A DNA stretch of 64,000 bases from Octopus bimaculoides (lineage: Eukaryota), in NCBI RefSeq assembly GCF_001194135.2, contig NC_068983.1, positions 112,566,131 through 112,630,130 on the forward strand. The letters run 5' to 3'. The stretch's first letter is position 1. Each line of letters begins with the position of its first letter. The notes under the pieces were generated by a model, which was not told the DNA's origin, did not search any database, and worked only from the letters and a program-made list of their open reading frames with translations. Made by a program: the position numbers and the translations under genes. Of the stretch, positions 24,090 through 37,265 are shown one piece after another.

Positions 24090-26640
24090 TCAGTATTGTT
24101 TCCATTTCTTACTGTGTGTCTTCCTGACACCTAGGGCAAAGAAACTCAGTGTATACATTTATAGACCAATAAAATAAGCACACCAGATTGTTCATTTACA
24201 AAATCAAGATATATGAAAGAAAAGGGAAAAAAAAAGAAAAACAGCAGAAATGTAAAGATGTACTAGTTAAAACAATCTTTTGTACTTCTTGCATGGATGG
24301 TAAGCCTAGACTCATTCTCGAATAATTTTCAGTTCCTTTTTTGACTATTCCTAACACTTACAACACTCCTACAATCACCTCAAGATGTCTCATTTTTTTC
24401 AATTTCAATGAGAAAAGTTTTATATTTTCCAAGTTTGTCAAATTCTTATGCAGAGATATTATGATCACAAAGAATACTCATGTCAATCAATAAACAGACT
24501 TTATTGTTTTGGTCTTTCACAACAATATTAGCTTTGATGGAACTGTCAGTATGTACTGGAAAGTCCCAAAGAATCATTGCATTTTTTCCCTCAGTTACCA
24601 CCTCAGGGCAGTGCTTATATCACTTGTCAACAGTTTTGACTTTATAATGCTGATATATCATTCAGTTTAGATATTGTCCAACTCTGTAATATCTTGATTC
24701 ATACTCCACCAGTAGTAAAATCTTACATCCAGAGATTAGGTAAAGATGATCCACATCTGCCTTTGGGTGGTGCATCTTATTACAAGTCAGCTGCTTATGT
24801 ATTTTTCTGTTAATTTTCTTTATTTCATTGATATTCCAGTTCAACAATACATTGAAGCTGTAAATAACAACTGGAGCTGCTAAGGAATTTATGTCTAACA
24901 TCTTGCTGTGTGCATTCAGGACTGCTTGAACTCTCCTATAACACTCCTACCTAATCTTCTCTTTCATGCTTGCATGCTGAATATCAGGGCCTTTTTTTAT
25001 TCCTAAATATTTATAAGTTTCTTCTTGCTCAAATTCTTTTATAATTATATCAACATCTAACATGACTGAATTTGAGGTCTTCAGTATCCTTTTCTTGAAA
25101 GTAGCTTTGGCTCATTTATCAAGACCAAACCCAATGTCATTACTGAATACTTTCACAGTACATAATAGGCCTTCAAGCTCATCCTTTCTTTTGCCATAGA
25201 GTTTTAAATCATCCATATAAAATAAATTACTTTTTTTTGTTGTTAGCTTTATACCCATACTCAGTTCTGTTAAGTTCACTTGTAAGGGGTATTAGAGCTC
25301 TGCAAAAACTTGGAGGTGAAAGGGAGTCACTTTGGAAAATGCCACAGTTGATTTTGATATTATGTGGAGACAGTACTCCATCTGAGTGATATAATTGAAG
25401 ATGCATATTCCACAATGATAGATGCTTCAGGAAGTTTGAAATTACAAGAGAAATTTTGAAGATGTCCAGTGATTCTGAGATCCATGAATGTGGTATGCTA
25501 TGAAAAGCCTTTTTGTAATCGATCCATGTGGAACTGAGATTTTTGCACTTGTTGTGACAGTTCTCAAGGATCATGCAATAAATTAGGAGTAGATCTTTGT
25601 GTTCATATGAGCCTCAATGGCACCATTTTTGTTCAGTGGGGAAAATACCACTCTGTTCCATAGATGCATATGTTTTCTCCATGTGGATGGATGCTAAAAT
25701 TTTATACGTAGTGGATAAACAGGTTATGGGATGATAGTTCTTTTGAACTTTGGTTCTATTATTCTTTGAGAGCAGGTAAATAATACCACTTGCTAACCAA
25801 TCAAGTGTTTTCCTAGGATCTCTCATGATTTCACTGAACTAAATTTTTGTACACACGGAAGTGAAGCAAGCCAGAAATTTGGCACCCCATCTTTACCAGG
25901 GGGTTTCCACTTATGAGCCTTCATGAGTAGCATCCTTAGGTCTGCTATTGTAATGTTTTCCTGTGCTTGTTCTTATAAATTTTGGTAGGATCCTTCTGTG
26001 CATCTAATCCAGTCTGCAATTTTATTGTATGTCTTCTCCTCACTCTAAATCTTTTCCCAAAAGTTTTCAACTTCTTTCATGGGAGGCAGGTCTTCAACCA
26101 ATATTTTCTCCTTTCCTATTTCTCTGTAGAATGTTTTGGCCCTGGATGTGTACAATTTATTTTGCTTGTAAAAATTATTTCTCTTCTCAAATTTTTGTAT
26201 TCTTTGAGTTTTTGCATGGGCATTTTGTTTCAGTTTTTCTTTTGTTGATATCAGTTCTTCTCTTTGTGACAATCTATATTTTCTCTTCTTCCTTCCTGTT
26301 CTGGATCTTACATGATTTCCAAAGATTAGTTCATTTAATATTGATGTTTCCTCTCTCATTAATTCAATATCTTTTGTAATCTTGCTTCTCTAGTTTGGAT
26401 TTCTTCCCAAGTTTGTTTTTCTTTCTTTCTTTTTTATTTATTTTTTAGGCATACAACTGGTTTCAATTGCCTTAGCAGATGCATAAATAATTTCCTTTAA
26501 CTCACTAAGATCAGGTTTTAATTCTTCTATGATTTCTTTTGTTACATATTTGACAATTTTAATTTGCTATTTATTTTGGCCTGTATTTGAGAGTTTATGA
26601 AGTGGTTGTCTATCATTCAAACTTGCATGTCTTACAACTT
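24090..26640 (-). mobile_element. R4/Dong-like non-LTR retrotransposon (RT + restriction-like endonuclease), degraded and internally deleted
   Basis: Fragments NYHPITCLSTTYKIL, WIDYKKAFHSIPHSWI, GIFQSDSLSP, LFYMDDLKL, MHHPKADVDHLY, LWDFPVHTD, LIDMS and PSMQEVQKIVLTS; 3' UTR ends in (TAA)n. Confidence 0.88.
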
Positions 26641-26684
26641 AAAGCTTATTCAGAATTTTCTGTTTCATGTCTATCATAGAATTT

Positions 26685-26687
26685 CTT

Positions 26688-26720
<33 letters not shown>

Positions 26721-26730
26721 ATTATTATTA

Positions 26731-26809
<79 letters not shown>

Positions 26810-26822
26810 CATCATTATTATT
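26685..26822 (+). repeat. Compound (TCT)n(TAT)n microsatellite (others: 27385-27540 (TAT)n; 27757-27925 (TAT)(TGT)(TGC); 28132-28186 (GGT)(AGT))
   Basis: Direct reading of the sequence. Confidence 0.97.
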
Positions 26823-27421
26823 GAGTGATGAGAGAGCAGTGCACGCCATCAAAGAGACACTGGAGTAAAATATACGAAGCCCACTATACCCATCATGATA
26901 AGGGTATCAGTCTGATAAGGGTAAACTAGGTACATGCATCACAACTACACGTGCATGACATGGTGATCTCATATCAAGATAAATAACACATGGTCTTGCA
27001 GGTGGAGTCCAGTGAGAATTTTCTTTAGGTTGAATAGCCCATCTTGCTCAAAAGGACCCTGAATAAGTTTTGTTTAAGGATGTTGAACAAAATAACCATG
27101 TTTCCAGAGGTAAATTATCAAACCCCAAAGAATTCCTCTCAGCACATGGCTATGATACTCCCCCACTACTTCTGCTTGTGATCAGAGATGCGCATAACAT
27201 CAGCCACTAAGGGACATGCTCAACTGGTTAAGGTCAAACAACTGACAATCAATTCTGTGGTATTGATCTGCATATTTGCTGTAGCCCATTTTCTATACTA
27301 AGATAAAACAATGTACATAACACTTCAATTCAGTGAAGATCAGAAGCCATGAAAGCCACTATCTGGCACTGCATCAGGGCATTTATTATTATTATCAGTA
27401 TTATTATTGTTATTATTATTA

Positions 27422-27757
<336 letters not shown>

Positions 27758-27782
27758 TATTATTATCATTATTATTATTATT

Positions 27783-27857
<75 letters not shown>

Positions 27858-27868
27858 GCTGCTGCTGC

Positions 27869-27905
<37 letters not shown>

Positions 27906-27924
27906 ATTATTATTATCATTATTT

Positions 27925-28132
27925 TCTGATTCCTGTAGTTGTTCCTTCATCATAATGCAAGGATCTATTCCCTGTTTCTAGGGCACCAATGGATACATTG
28001 TTATTTAATGCAGAGTACCTTTCTCTAAATCTTTGTACTTCAATAATTTTGCTGTGACTTTTGTGGATGTATTTCCCTCTGAATGAATTGCTATATCTAG
28101 TATTAGCCATTTCTTTCTGTTATTATCCTTGG

Positions 28133-28135
<3 letters not shown>
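27925..28135 (-). mobile_element. R4-like restriction-like endonuclease fragment
   Basis: KDNNRKKWLILDIAIHSEGNTSTKVTAKLLKYKDLE fits the PD..D...K.K.KY.DL endonuclease motif. Confidence 0.72.
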
Positions 28136-28186
<51 letters not shown>

Positions 28187-31100
28187 CATTGGCAAAATAC
28201 CTTGCACATTTTGTCAGGTGAACTTTACCATTCATCCTTCCAGAATATAATGGTTTTGACTAGTTCTGACAAACAAATTCTCCACCTTGTTCCAATGTTA
28301 TAAATTGTTATTACATGCAGAAAATTATTAAGGCAGAGGTGTAGTTTAATTTTAACTTGACAATCAGTGAAATCGTAGATTTTTAAGTCTTTGGTTTTGG
28401 TAATAAAGAAGATGAAGCTGAAGAAACAGAAGAATGGAAACAATATCATATCTTCTACAAGAAATATATGATTATTCATACAGCCCTACCATCATTATCA
28501 ATGTTCAAAATGGTCATAGTTAACAGAATCAGCCAAGTGTCTGATAGAATACTTTGCAGTATTTAGTTACATCCTTTTAGGATCTGAGTTGAAATTTTAC
28601 AGAATTCAGCTGCTTGTTTTCTTTATGGCATCAATTAAATAAATACATGTCAAGTACTGAGGCCAATGACATTGACTTCATTCCTCTCCCAGAATTTTTC
28701 CTGTTGTGCTTATGTTAGAATTCATTTTTTATAAAAAGAAGCTAGCAACGAGAATATACAACAGACTATCCAAAATTGATTCTATGAAAATTACTTATAT
28801 ACTTTCAAATTAAAGACATGTTATTAGGCTAACAAAAGACATAATGGATAAAGATAACAGACAATAGTTAATGTCTTGTAAACCTTAATTAAATATAGAT
28901 TATAAACATTAATGACCACTAGGGGATGCACAAGCAGTGTAAGAGACCATCTCTTCTCTAAATTCTTTACAAAATCTTTGGCCTTAGGTCTTTGGTTAAG
29001 TAAAATTTAAGAAGAGAAAAATTACTAAGGTAGGTTAAAGAAATTTAAATGCAGTCTGTTTTGATTGGATTAGCATATTTAGAGAAAAAAGAAACTATTT
29101 GTACAAGAAGAAAAATCAATATGGGTATATTGACTTCTGTTTAGATGGGTAAATGAATTATCCAATTAAATATTTCTAGAAGCAACTTGTAATATCTGTG
29201 ATGTATTGAATTTAAGTACAGAGAAATTTCGAGCTTGAAATTTGCATAAATTCTATGTTATGAAAGAGATGTGTATCTTCATACATATGTCAAATACTCA
29301 CACACTACTGCATATATGGGTATTTATTAATTGGAAGAGGTTTATATAGTGGTAGACAGAAAATGCTGAACGAAATGCCTTAGAATTTCAAGAGAAAGAT
29401 TTGTTATTAATTACTAGAAGAAATTTTACATCATTCACTCTTAATTGAAAATGGGTAGGAAAACAGAAATCCGTCAAACAAAATTCTCCACCTACAACTA
29501 TAAAGAGGAGATGTTTATGCTGTGATTATGCTGATAATGAGTAAGACAAAGTCCAGATGTCAATGAATATCATACATTCAGCCTGTGTGGGAGTTTAATT
29601 ATACTGTCAAGAATAAGGGGTTTGAGAATAATGGATTTTTTCTCAGAGGTTATAGGTTGTATCAAGTGAATTACTTTAGAGATATATGTTGTCTCATCCA
29701 CTCACAGTTATCTAAAAACACCCACGTAAATGATCTTCCCACACACCGTATACATTACATAAGGAAATAATAAAATCCTTTTTCTTAATATCTGCTACAC
29801 TCTTTCCCCTAACTGATAGATCAGTCTAAAAATATGTTACAGCAAATGTATATAAATGATTATGAGATAGTATTTATGACTAACAGTATGTAGCAAAAAT
29901 GATAATAACAAAGATGATGATAGTAACAAAGATGATTGTCATGATGTTGATGTTGGTGAGGATGAGAATGGTAATGATGCTGTTATTGACAATATTATGC
30001 TGACAGCAATGAAAATTAAAAATTTATATAAAGACACCCATATCATGAAAGAAAATGTTAATGATAATTTCAAAGAAAAATTATTGGAACTGAAGAGAAA
30101 ATAATTTCATATTAACATAATTGTATAAAAGAAACATGCTTGTATCTTCACATGTCTGATTAAGTTTCTTTAAGAAAAATATTCTTAAAGAATAGCCCAC
30201 TTTCTTATTTTCAATGAAGCCACCCACACTTATTTTACATATTCTAAATTTAAGCCAATGTGTCTTTGGAAATCTGTCAAACAAGTTTGCTGTAGCATCA
30301 GTAGCATTAACTCTGTAAATAGATTTCTACATTTAAGCACACTCAATAAAGATTATAGATTCTCTTGGCCAGGTAAATGGCATTTCAAACACAGGTGTAT
30401 TTCAAAAATAACAATGAAAGGAAATAAATGGGGAACATTATTGATTGTTTCAATAGGAATATATATATATACACATTTGTAGGGAGAGTATAGTTGACTA
30501 AATTACACACACACATACAGATGTACACTCACACACATATATATTTACATATATAAATACATAAGCATGCACAAACATGCACACACATACTTATGTATGC
30601 ACATGCATACATACATACAAAGATACTGTGTATGTATGTATGTATGTATGTATGTATGTATGTATGTATGTACGTATGTATGTATGCACAATGATCATCT
30701 TTCAGTTACTGTGTGTCAGATTCACTGACAGATCGTTGGTCAGCCCAAGATGAGAAAGAGTGGGACTGAACCTGAAATCATGTGGTTGGAAAGCAAACTT
30801 CTGAACCACAGAGCTTATGGCTGCACACACACACATGTACACAAATATGTATATGCACACAAATGTGCATGTTCATGCACACATATATATATATACACAC
30901 AAATGTGTACATTCACACACACAGACATGTACACACATATACATGCACATGAATGTGTAAATGTGCACACACATATATATCATAAGCGTCATCCTCATCA
31001 TTATCATTCAAAATGTACTAGGTTAGCATGGGATGAACAGTTTGACAGGATCTGACGGGTTCAAAGACTGCATCATATGCCAATGTCTGCTTCAGCATGG

Positions 31101-31439
31101 TTCCTACAGCTGGATGCTCTTCCTAACACCAACAACTTTACAGCATGTACTCAAGTGCTTTTTGTTCTATTTTCACTAGTGAGGTAATCATGCAGGTTGC
31201 AAGACTATGACCCCTAGAGTGGGGTGTATTTACACTAGGAGATGAGGGATGAAAGTATGAGAGGAGGAGCCAGAGCAGAACAGGTTTCCTGTTGTAGAAG
31301 CGCTACATGATAACTAACATTTTAGAAGAAAGGATGAGAAAGATTGGATGGAGCTGGAGTTAAAAAGTATGGATGGACACTCAAGGTATAAAGTGAGTGG
31401 GATAGAGGAACAAGGAGTGTTTGTATGTGTTGATGGAGT

Positions 31440-31920
31440 TTGCAAGAGTATATCGTTGAGTGAGAGCTGCTCCTAGTATGTACTGCTCCAGCGATTCTAT
31501 CACATCAAAGTTTATGTTCTTTATTAGTCTGCCTATGATTCCATGACATCTTTTCTGTGTCCATAGCATATAGTGAGCACAAAGTATAAAGTTTATATCT
31601 ACTCTTTTCTGAATATCAAGCAAGGCCATTTCCTTAAAGATACTACGGTCTTATCTTCTTTACTACCTATTAAAATTTTCGTCTTTGCTAAGTTTATCTT
31701 AAGAACTCTTGATTCTGCATTTAGTTTGCTTCCAAGCCTGAAATTCTCTTTTTAAGTCCTCTATAGATTCAGCTAAGAGAACTAGATTATCAGCATAAAG
31801 GAATTCTAATGAGTATCCACTCATAAACCCCTCTCTTATGGCCTGTAGGGCAAAGGGATATGATGAAATGATGAATATGAGAGGACTAAGGACTGAGATC
31901 TGAGACTTGATGAACTCCTA
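31440..31920 (-). mobile_element. Degraded RTE reverse-transcriptase fragment
   Basis: GVHQVSDLSP, QAIREGFMSGYSLEFLYADNLVLLAES, INLAKTKIL and CAHYMLWTQKRCHGIIGRL; the last is homologous to the Cys/His motif at 63858-63987. Confidence 0.75.
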
Positions 31921-32172
31921 CATCATCATCACCATCGTCGTTTAACGTCCGCTTTTCATGCTAGCATGAGTTGGATGATTTGACTGAGGACTGGTGAAAC
32001 CAGATGGCTACACCAGGCTCCAATCTGATTTGGCAGTTTCTACAGCTGGATGCTCTTCCTAACGCCAACCACTCCGAGAGTGTAGTGGGTGCTTTTATGT
32101 GCCACCGGCACGAAGGCCAGTCAGGTGGTACTGGCTACGGCCATGCTCAAAATGGTGTATTTTACGTGCCAT
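31921..32172 (-). mobile_element. Truncated RTE 3' end (an older copy lies at ~31000-31200)
   Basis: (CAT)n then the reverse complement of the RTE tail with two repeat units. Confidence 0.8.
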
Positions 32173-33072
32173 TCATTACTGAAATTATTGGAGACTCTCT
32201 TTTTACTTTCTACATCCTTGTGCATTGCAGAAACAATCCCCTCAAGCCATTCATATACAATTAATTTTATCAGTGACCACCAAATAACTGAACATGTTAA
32301 ACCTTCAAATGCCTTCTCTTCTAGTAATGTATGTATGTATGTATGTATATTTGCTGAAGATAGCTTGAAACCATGGTATCAAATGTCTAGTGGTCTACTT
32401 TTAAATTCTGACAAGATGTACTTCTTGAAATGTAGAGATTCAGGAAAATTCCCATTCCTCAAATTTATGTATTTGTTGAAGGTTCTCAAGTTTCTTAATG
32501 AACACTATATTAATGAGTCTAAAAAATTTCAGTGTGTTCTCTTGAAAAACTGTATTTATTAAAGAACTTGAGAATCTCAAGATTTTTAATAGACACCTGT
32601 CAAGCATTGGACCTCATTGAGGCAATGTGGCCAATACTGGTGTCGTGTAGCTGGCATACCCAAGGCTGTATGGGATTTCAGGGTAAATAAATATACATGA
32701 AACCCCACCCATTTTGCCATCCCTCCAAACTGGATAAATTCTTCTTTGGGTATTGATTATATGCATTATGCATAAAAGACACGTCCCCATAAATTTATGC
32801 TGGATTCCCTCAATACACAGATATATGTGCAATACACATATTCATAACATCACCTGATTCACAGAAAAAATACACACACACATGCACATGATTTTATTTT
32901 CAACCCCATGGACTACGTCTGATGTCAAAATCTGTGAAACTTAACAATTATGTGCACACACTCAAACACAAACAAAATGCATAATGCCCACCATTCCAGT
33001 GCCAGCACATTCGTTTTGACTATATCTAAAGGAATCCTTACACATCTTGTTGCATAATCCTACACAATTACT

Positions 33073-34083
33073 GGATCTTTCTGATTTGACAGACACCATT
33101 TTTTATTTAGTTTTAAATTTAGTGTGTTTTCTACCGAAACACTTTAAAACTTCGTATACTTGTATATTTTGTCTTATAGAACAGAGAAAAACTTTTATAT
33201 TCGAAGTTATTTCATGTTAAAATTGTCATATTTCAGTAATTTCAACCAATCACTGACGTCTATTCAGCTGAATACAGTTACTGCTGTTCTTTGTCAACAA
33301 TAATTTGTTCGGTATATATATCGTTAGTCCCTGGTAATCCGCTTGAATTAAGCACCAGTTATGCACTGGGATTAATATAATTGACTTACTCCTTCCCTCA
33401 AAAACCAGGCCTTGTGCCTATAATAGAAAGGTTTATTAGCTACTGCCAATATGCTTGAATTACACTATTCTACTTGTTTCAGTTGATTGGATAATAGCTA
33501 ATAAGGGAATCAAGCAAAAAACAAAAGTTGAAAGAAAGGGCTTCCAAACAGTTGCTTCATTTCCTAGAAATAGCAGCCAAATCTTCCTCAAATCAAACTC
33601 AACCATCATTTAGAAAATGTCCTACTGAGTACACAGTACATAGAAAATTACTGAAAAATTGTTGAACAGATTTTCACCAAATTTGGTAAAAATACTCATA
33701 ACCCTAACCCTAACCCTAACCCTAAAACCCTAAAGCTAAAACCAGTACAAACGCAAGAACGATGTCATAAGTAACAGTACCGCAGATAGTTGTTGTTGAC
33801 AAACAACGGCAGTAATTTTATTCTAGGGAAAAGATCCCATTACACCACCAGAATGTGTTGCTGACAAACCACAGCAATAATTGATTTCACCTCAATAGAC
33901 ATCAGTGATTGGTTGAAATTACCAAAATATGACAACTTTTAACATGAAATAACTTGGAATATAGAAACTTTTCTTAACAAGGCTAAGAGAAAAAGATGTT
34001 TTATATGACACATTCTACCAGTATCCCAAGTTTGAAAGTGTTTCGATAGAAAACAAATGGTGTCTGCCAAATCAGAAGGATCC
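33073..34083. mobile_element. Non-autonomous TIR DNA transposon (Merlin-like by GG termini and 8-bp TSD) with ~240-bp inverted arms and internal (TAACCC)n
   Basis: TIR GGATCTTTCTGATTTGACAGACACCATTT vs GGATCCTTCTGATTTGGCAGACACCATTT (27/29). Exact TSD CAATTACT at 33065-33072 and 34084-34091. (TAACCC)4 at 33699-33722. Confidence 0.8.
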
Positions 34084-34179
34084 CAATTACTTATTAAGGA
34101 ACATGAAGCCTTCTCCATATGTAAACACAAATTCTTTTGGTCCTTCATGTTCTTTCAGAAGTCCAAGTGGAAAAAAAAG

Positions 34180-35229
34180 CTAACACTTAGGATTATCACT
34201 AACCTCTAACTTAGGCATATTACTTATCTGCTACTGCCACACACATAACCCTTTGCTGTTATTAAATAAACATACACCATGAAACGTTCTCCACATGTAT
34301 GCACAGTCTTTAGGTCCTTCTAGTTCTTCCACAGGTCTTTGGAATATAACTTCATTAACACTATGGATACTCAGTTCTTAATTTTAAATTCTAACTTCAT
34401 TTTTAATTTTTATTTTAATTTAAATTTATTTAATTTTTAATCTCACATTTACACTTAATCATTTTTATAATATCAATCTTTAACTTTAGTTTCAAACCTC
34501 AAATCTTAATTCATTTGCTTGCTGGTATTGCATCTATTTCTAGCATTTATAGAACTAAGAGTGCCCTAACTCCCTCTTCCTCTGTAGTAAAATTGACTAC
34601 CTATTATATCTAATGTCTATTATCTTTTTTATGACCGCTTTGTTACTTTCACGCTCCTCCCATTGATACATCTGTTTTATTTACCCCTTATCCATCTGTT
34701 TTTAAACTCATGCCCCCTTCACCTCCCTGGACAGGAGTACCACTCATTGTACTGATTAGTATATATCTAATACATAGCTCTTATCTACCTACTTTTCTCC
34801 TACTAGACTGTACTTTCTCCTCTTGGGATTTGTCCAACTTTGGAACTGCTAGCATCTATTTTTACACCTTACAATAGATTACTAGCTAACAATTCTCTTT
34901 GACCATGGATTTACCTAACGAATACCCAATCCCACTGGATCTAACTGGACTCATTCGGATATCTCCTCATTCTCTGGACTCAAGGAACCACAACTATTAT
35001 TGTTGATGAACTTTTATTCCTGTGTTACATATGTTTAACCTATTTCTATCTCTCTCTCTCCAATGACAATCTACTCAGCATATGGACTCTTTGTTCTACA
35101 TGATGTCCCAATGACTGGGATATCTCAGAAACTTGTCAGAGTCTATTGGTACCTTTCATTATATAACGAGATTAAATTTAATGTCCTCGTCAAGTTTTGC
35201 CAATTTGTTTGCCTCTCCTTTTTACTTTG
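34180..35229 (+). mobile_element. Probable Penelope-like element 3' end/pLTR ending at (TA)n
   Basis: Weak NPLLLLNKH motif at ~34245, long pyrimidine-rich UTR, degenerate hammerhead-like motif at 35085-35143; shares ATCTATTTCTAGCA with the insertion at 1731-1980. Confidence 0.4.
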
Positions 35230-36634
35230 ATATATATATATATATATGTGCATATATATACTTACACACACATACACACACACACACACATGCATGTGTA
35301 TATGTGTGTGTGTGTTTGTGCGTGTGAGTGTGTGTGCGCACGTATGTGTATGTGTTTGCATTTGTGAGTGTGAGCATATTTTGTATGGAGATGCATGTGT
35401 ACATACATGTGTATTTATAAACCTAGACATGCACAAGCATTCTCACATATAATAATCAGGGAATTAATCAATCCATGGTGAACACAGCTCCTTGCAAAGA
35501 TTCCAGGGCCAACGAGAAGATGACAAGATTTAAGGTAACAATTAAGATTTCTTTATAAGTTACCTCCCTTGATCTGTATATTTATTCCCAAATCCTGTAC
35601 AGCCTTGTGTATCTTCATATATTCTCATCTAAAATGGAAATGGGCATGGGTTGGGTGTGGAAAGAGATATGAGTTACTTCTGATTTGTTACTTCAGAAAG
35701 GGATTCATATAAGGTGTTGTGGGAGTGTGTATCACTTAGGGAGGACATGATAAGTGATAGCAAAAAGGGTTGAAAGATATAGTGAATACAAAGAGTATAA
35801 GAGAAGGAATCATAGTTAGAAAAAAAAAAGTAAACAAATAAAGGAAGGAAAGAGAAATATGCAGTTGTTTTTAAAAAATAATTTAAAGTTTAATATACAA
35901 TTACTTTGATATGTTATAAGTAGTATTGATTATCCATAGTAAGGAATTAATTCTATTTATAAAATCATTTTAAAAGAATTCAGTGCTCAATTATCCCATA
36001 TATTTTTAGTAAGAATATATAGCTTGGCCAACAGTGTGTTTTGAGAAACACACCAAATAACTACTTTAGATTTTTTTTTTTTAATTTTGAAAATATAAAC
36101 TAAACTTCTCTTAGGAAAAACGAATTAAGACAACTTTTCTCAATATTGATTATTTTCTTTAATTTTCATTCTCCATAAGTGTCACACATTGAAAGAAAGA
36201 ATTAATTTACAAAAGCAGTAATTTTTTATTTTATTTCTAATATCAAATGAAATAAAGAATCTAATGAGATAACTGACATTAATTGTGACAACAGCAAATA
36301 GATTACCAGACTAGAGCTAGGAATTTCTGAACTAGTGAAGCAAGCAAGCCATCACCGATTCATGAGATATAGTGGCTATGAGGTTAAAGAGCTAAACTAA
36401 TGAACATGTGAATAAATGGTCATTAGTTTAAAACACACAAGTCAGTTATATCACTAAGTCTGTTATGTATCTCTTATTGTTTCAATTTGTCTGGTTAAAA
36501 GGAAATAAGAAATAATGCTGGGACTTCATGATAGTATGATTAACTAGAGGAAAGCTAGTCAGCTACAAAAATGATAGCTCCAATAAAAATATTTTCAACT
36601 ATTCTGCACAATAGATATATATTCTTACTTTTAT

Positions 36635-37265
36635 TTGTTTGAACCATTGGATTGTAGCATGCTAAGGTGCTGTCTTGAAAAAATTAGTCAAACAGATCAA
36701 CACCAATAATCATTTGTCAAATCTGGTACTTATTCTATTAGTCTCTTTTACTGAACTGCTAAGTTATGAAAGTGCAAACAAACCAATACTGGCTGTGAAG
36801 TAGGGATAGTGTTGGTGGTGGTGGTGGGGAGCAAACACAAGCACATAAATACATCATATGACAAGCTTCCATACAGTTTTTGTCTACCAAATTCACTTGC
36901 AAGGCATGTGAAGATGCGTGGCTTAGGGTGGTTAGGGTGTTGGACTCGTGATTTCAAGATTGTAGTTTTGATTGCTGGACTGGGTGATGTGTTGTGTTCT
37001 TGAACTCTGCACTTTATTTCACATTGCTCCAGCCCACTCAACTGGCAAAAATGAGTAATCCTGTGATGGTCAGGCATCCTGTCCAGGTTGGTAATTTACA
37101 TGCCATGGAAACCAGCCCTTATGACCCAAGAAAGTAACTTTACTTACTCACAAGGCATTGGGTTGGCCTGAGGCTATAGTAGAAAATACTGGCCAAGGTG
37201 CTGCACAGTAGGACTGAACCTCAGACTGTGTAGCTGCAAAGGGATCTCAGTTACAAAGCCATGCT
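36635..37265 (-). mobile_element. SINE family A split by a SINE family E insertion
   Basis: Tail at 36635-36905 and head at 37143-37265. Confidence 0.7.
36911..37146 (+). mobile_element. tRNA-derived SINE family E (V-domain-like central motif, (ACTT)n tail)
   Basis: tggcttagggtggttagggtgttggactc head; gtgttcttga..gcactttatttcac..ttgctccagcccactca.ctgg; cctgtgatgg..gcatcctgtccagg. Confidence 0.65.

Noticed and set aside
30081-30330. Minus ORF of ~80 codons as a receptor exon
   Set aside because: No recognisable motif and no compatible donor before the stop.
33699-33745. True telomere or chromosome fusion site
   Set aside because: Only four perfect units, lying inside a TSD-bounded transposon.
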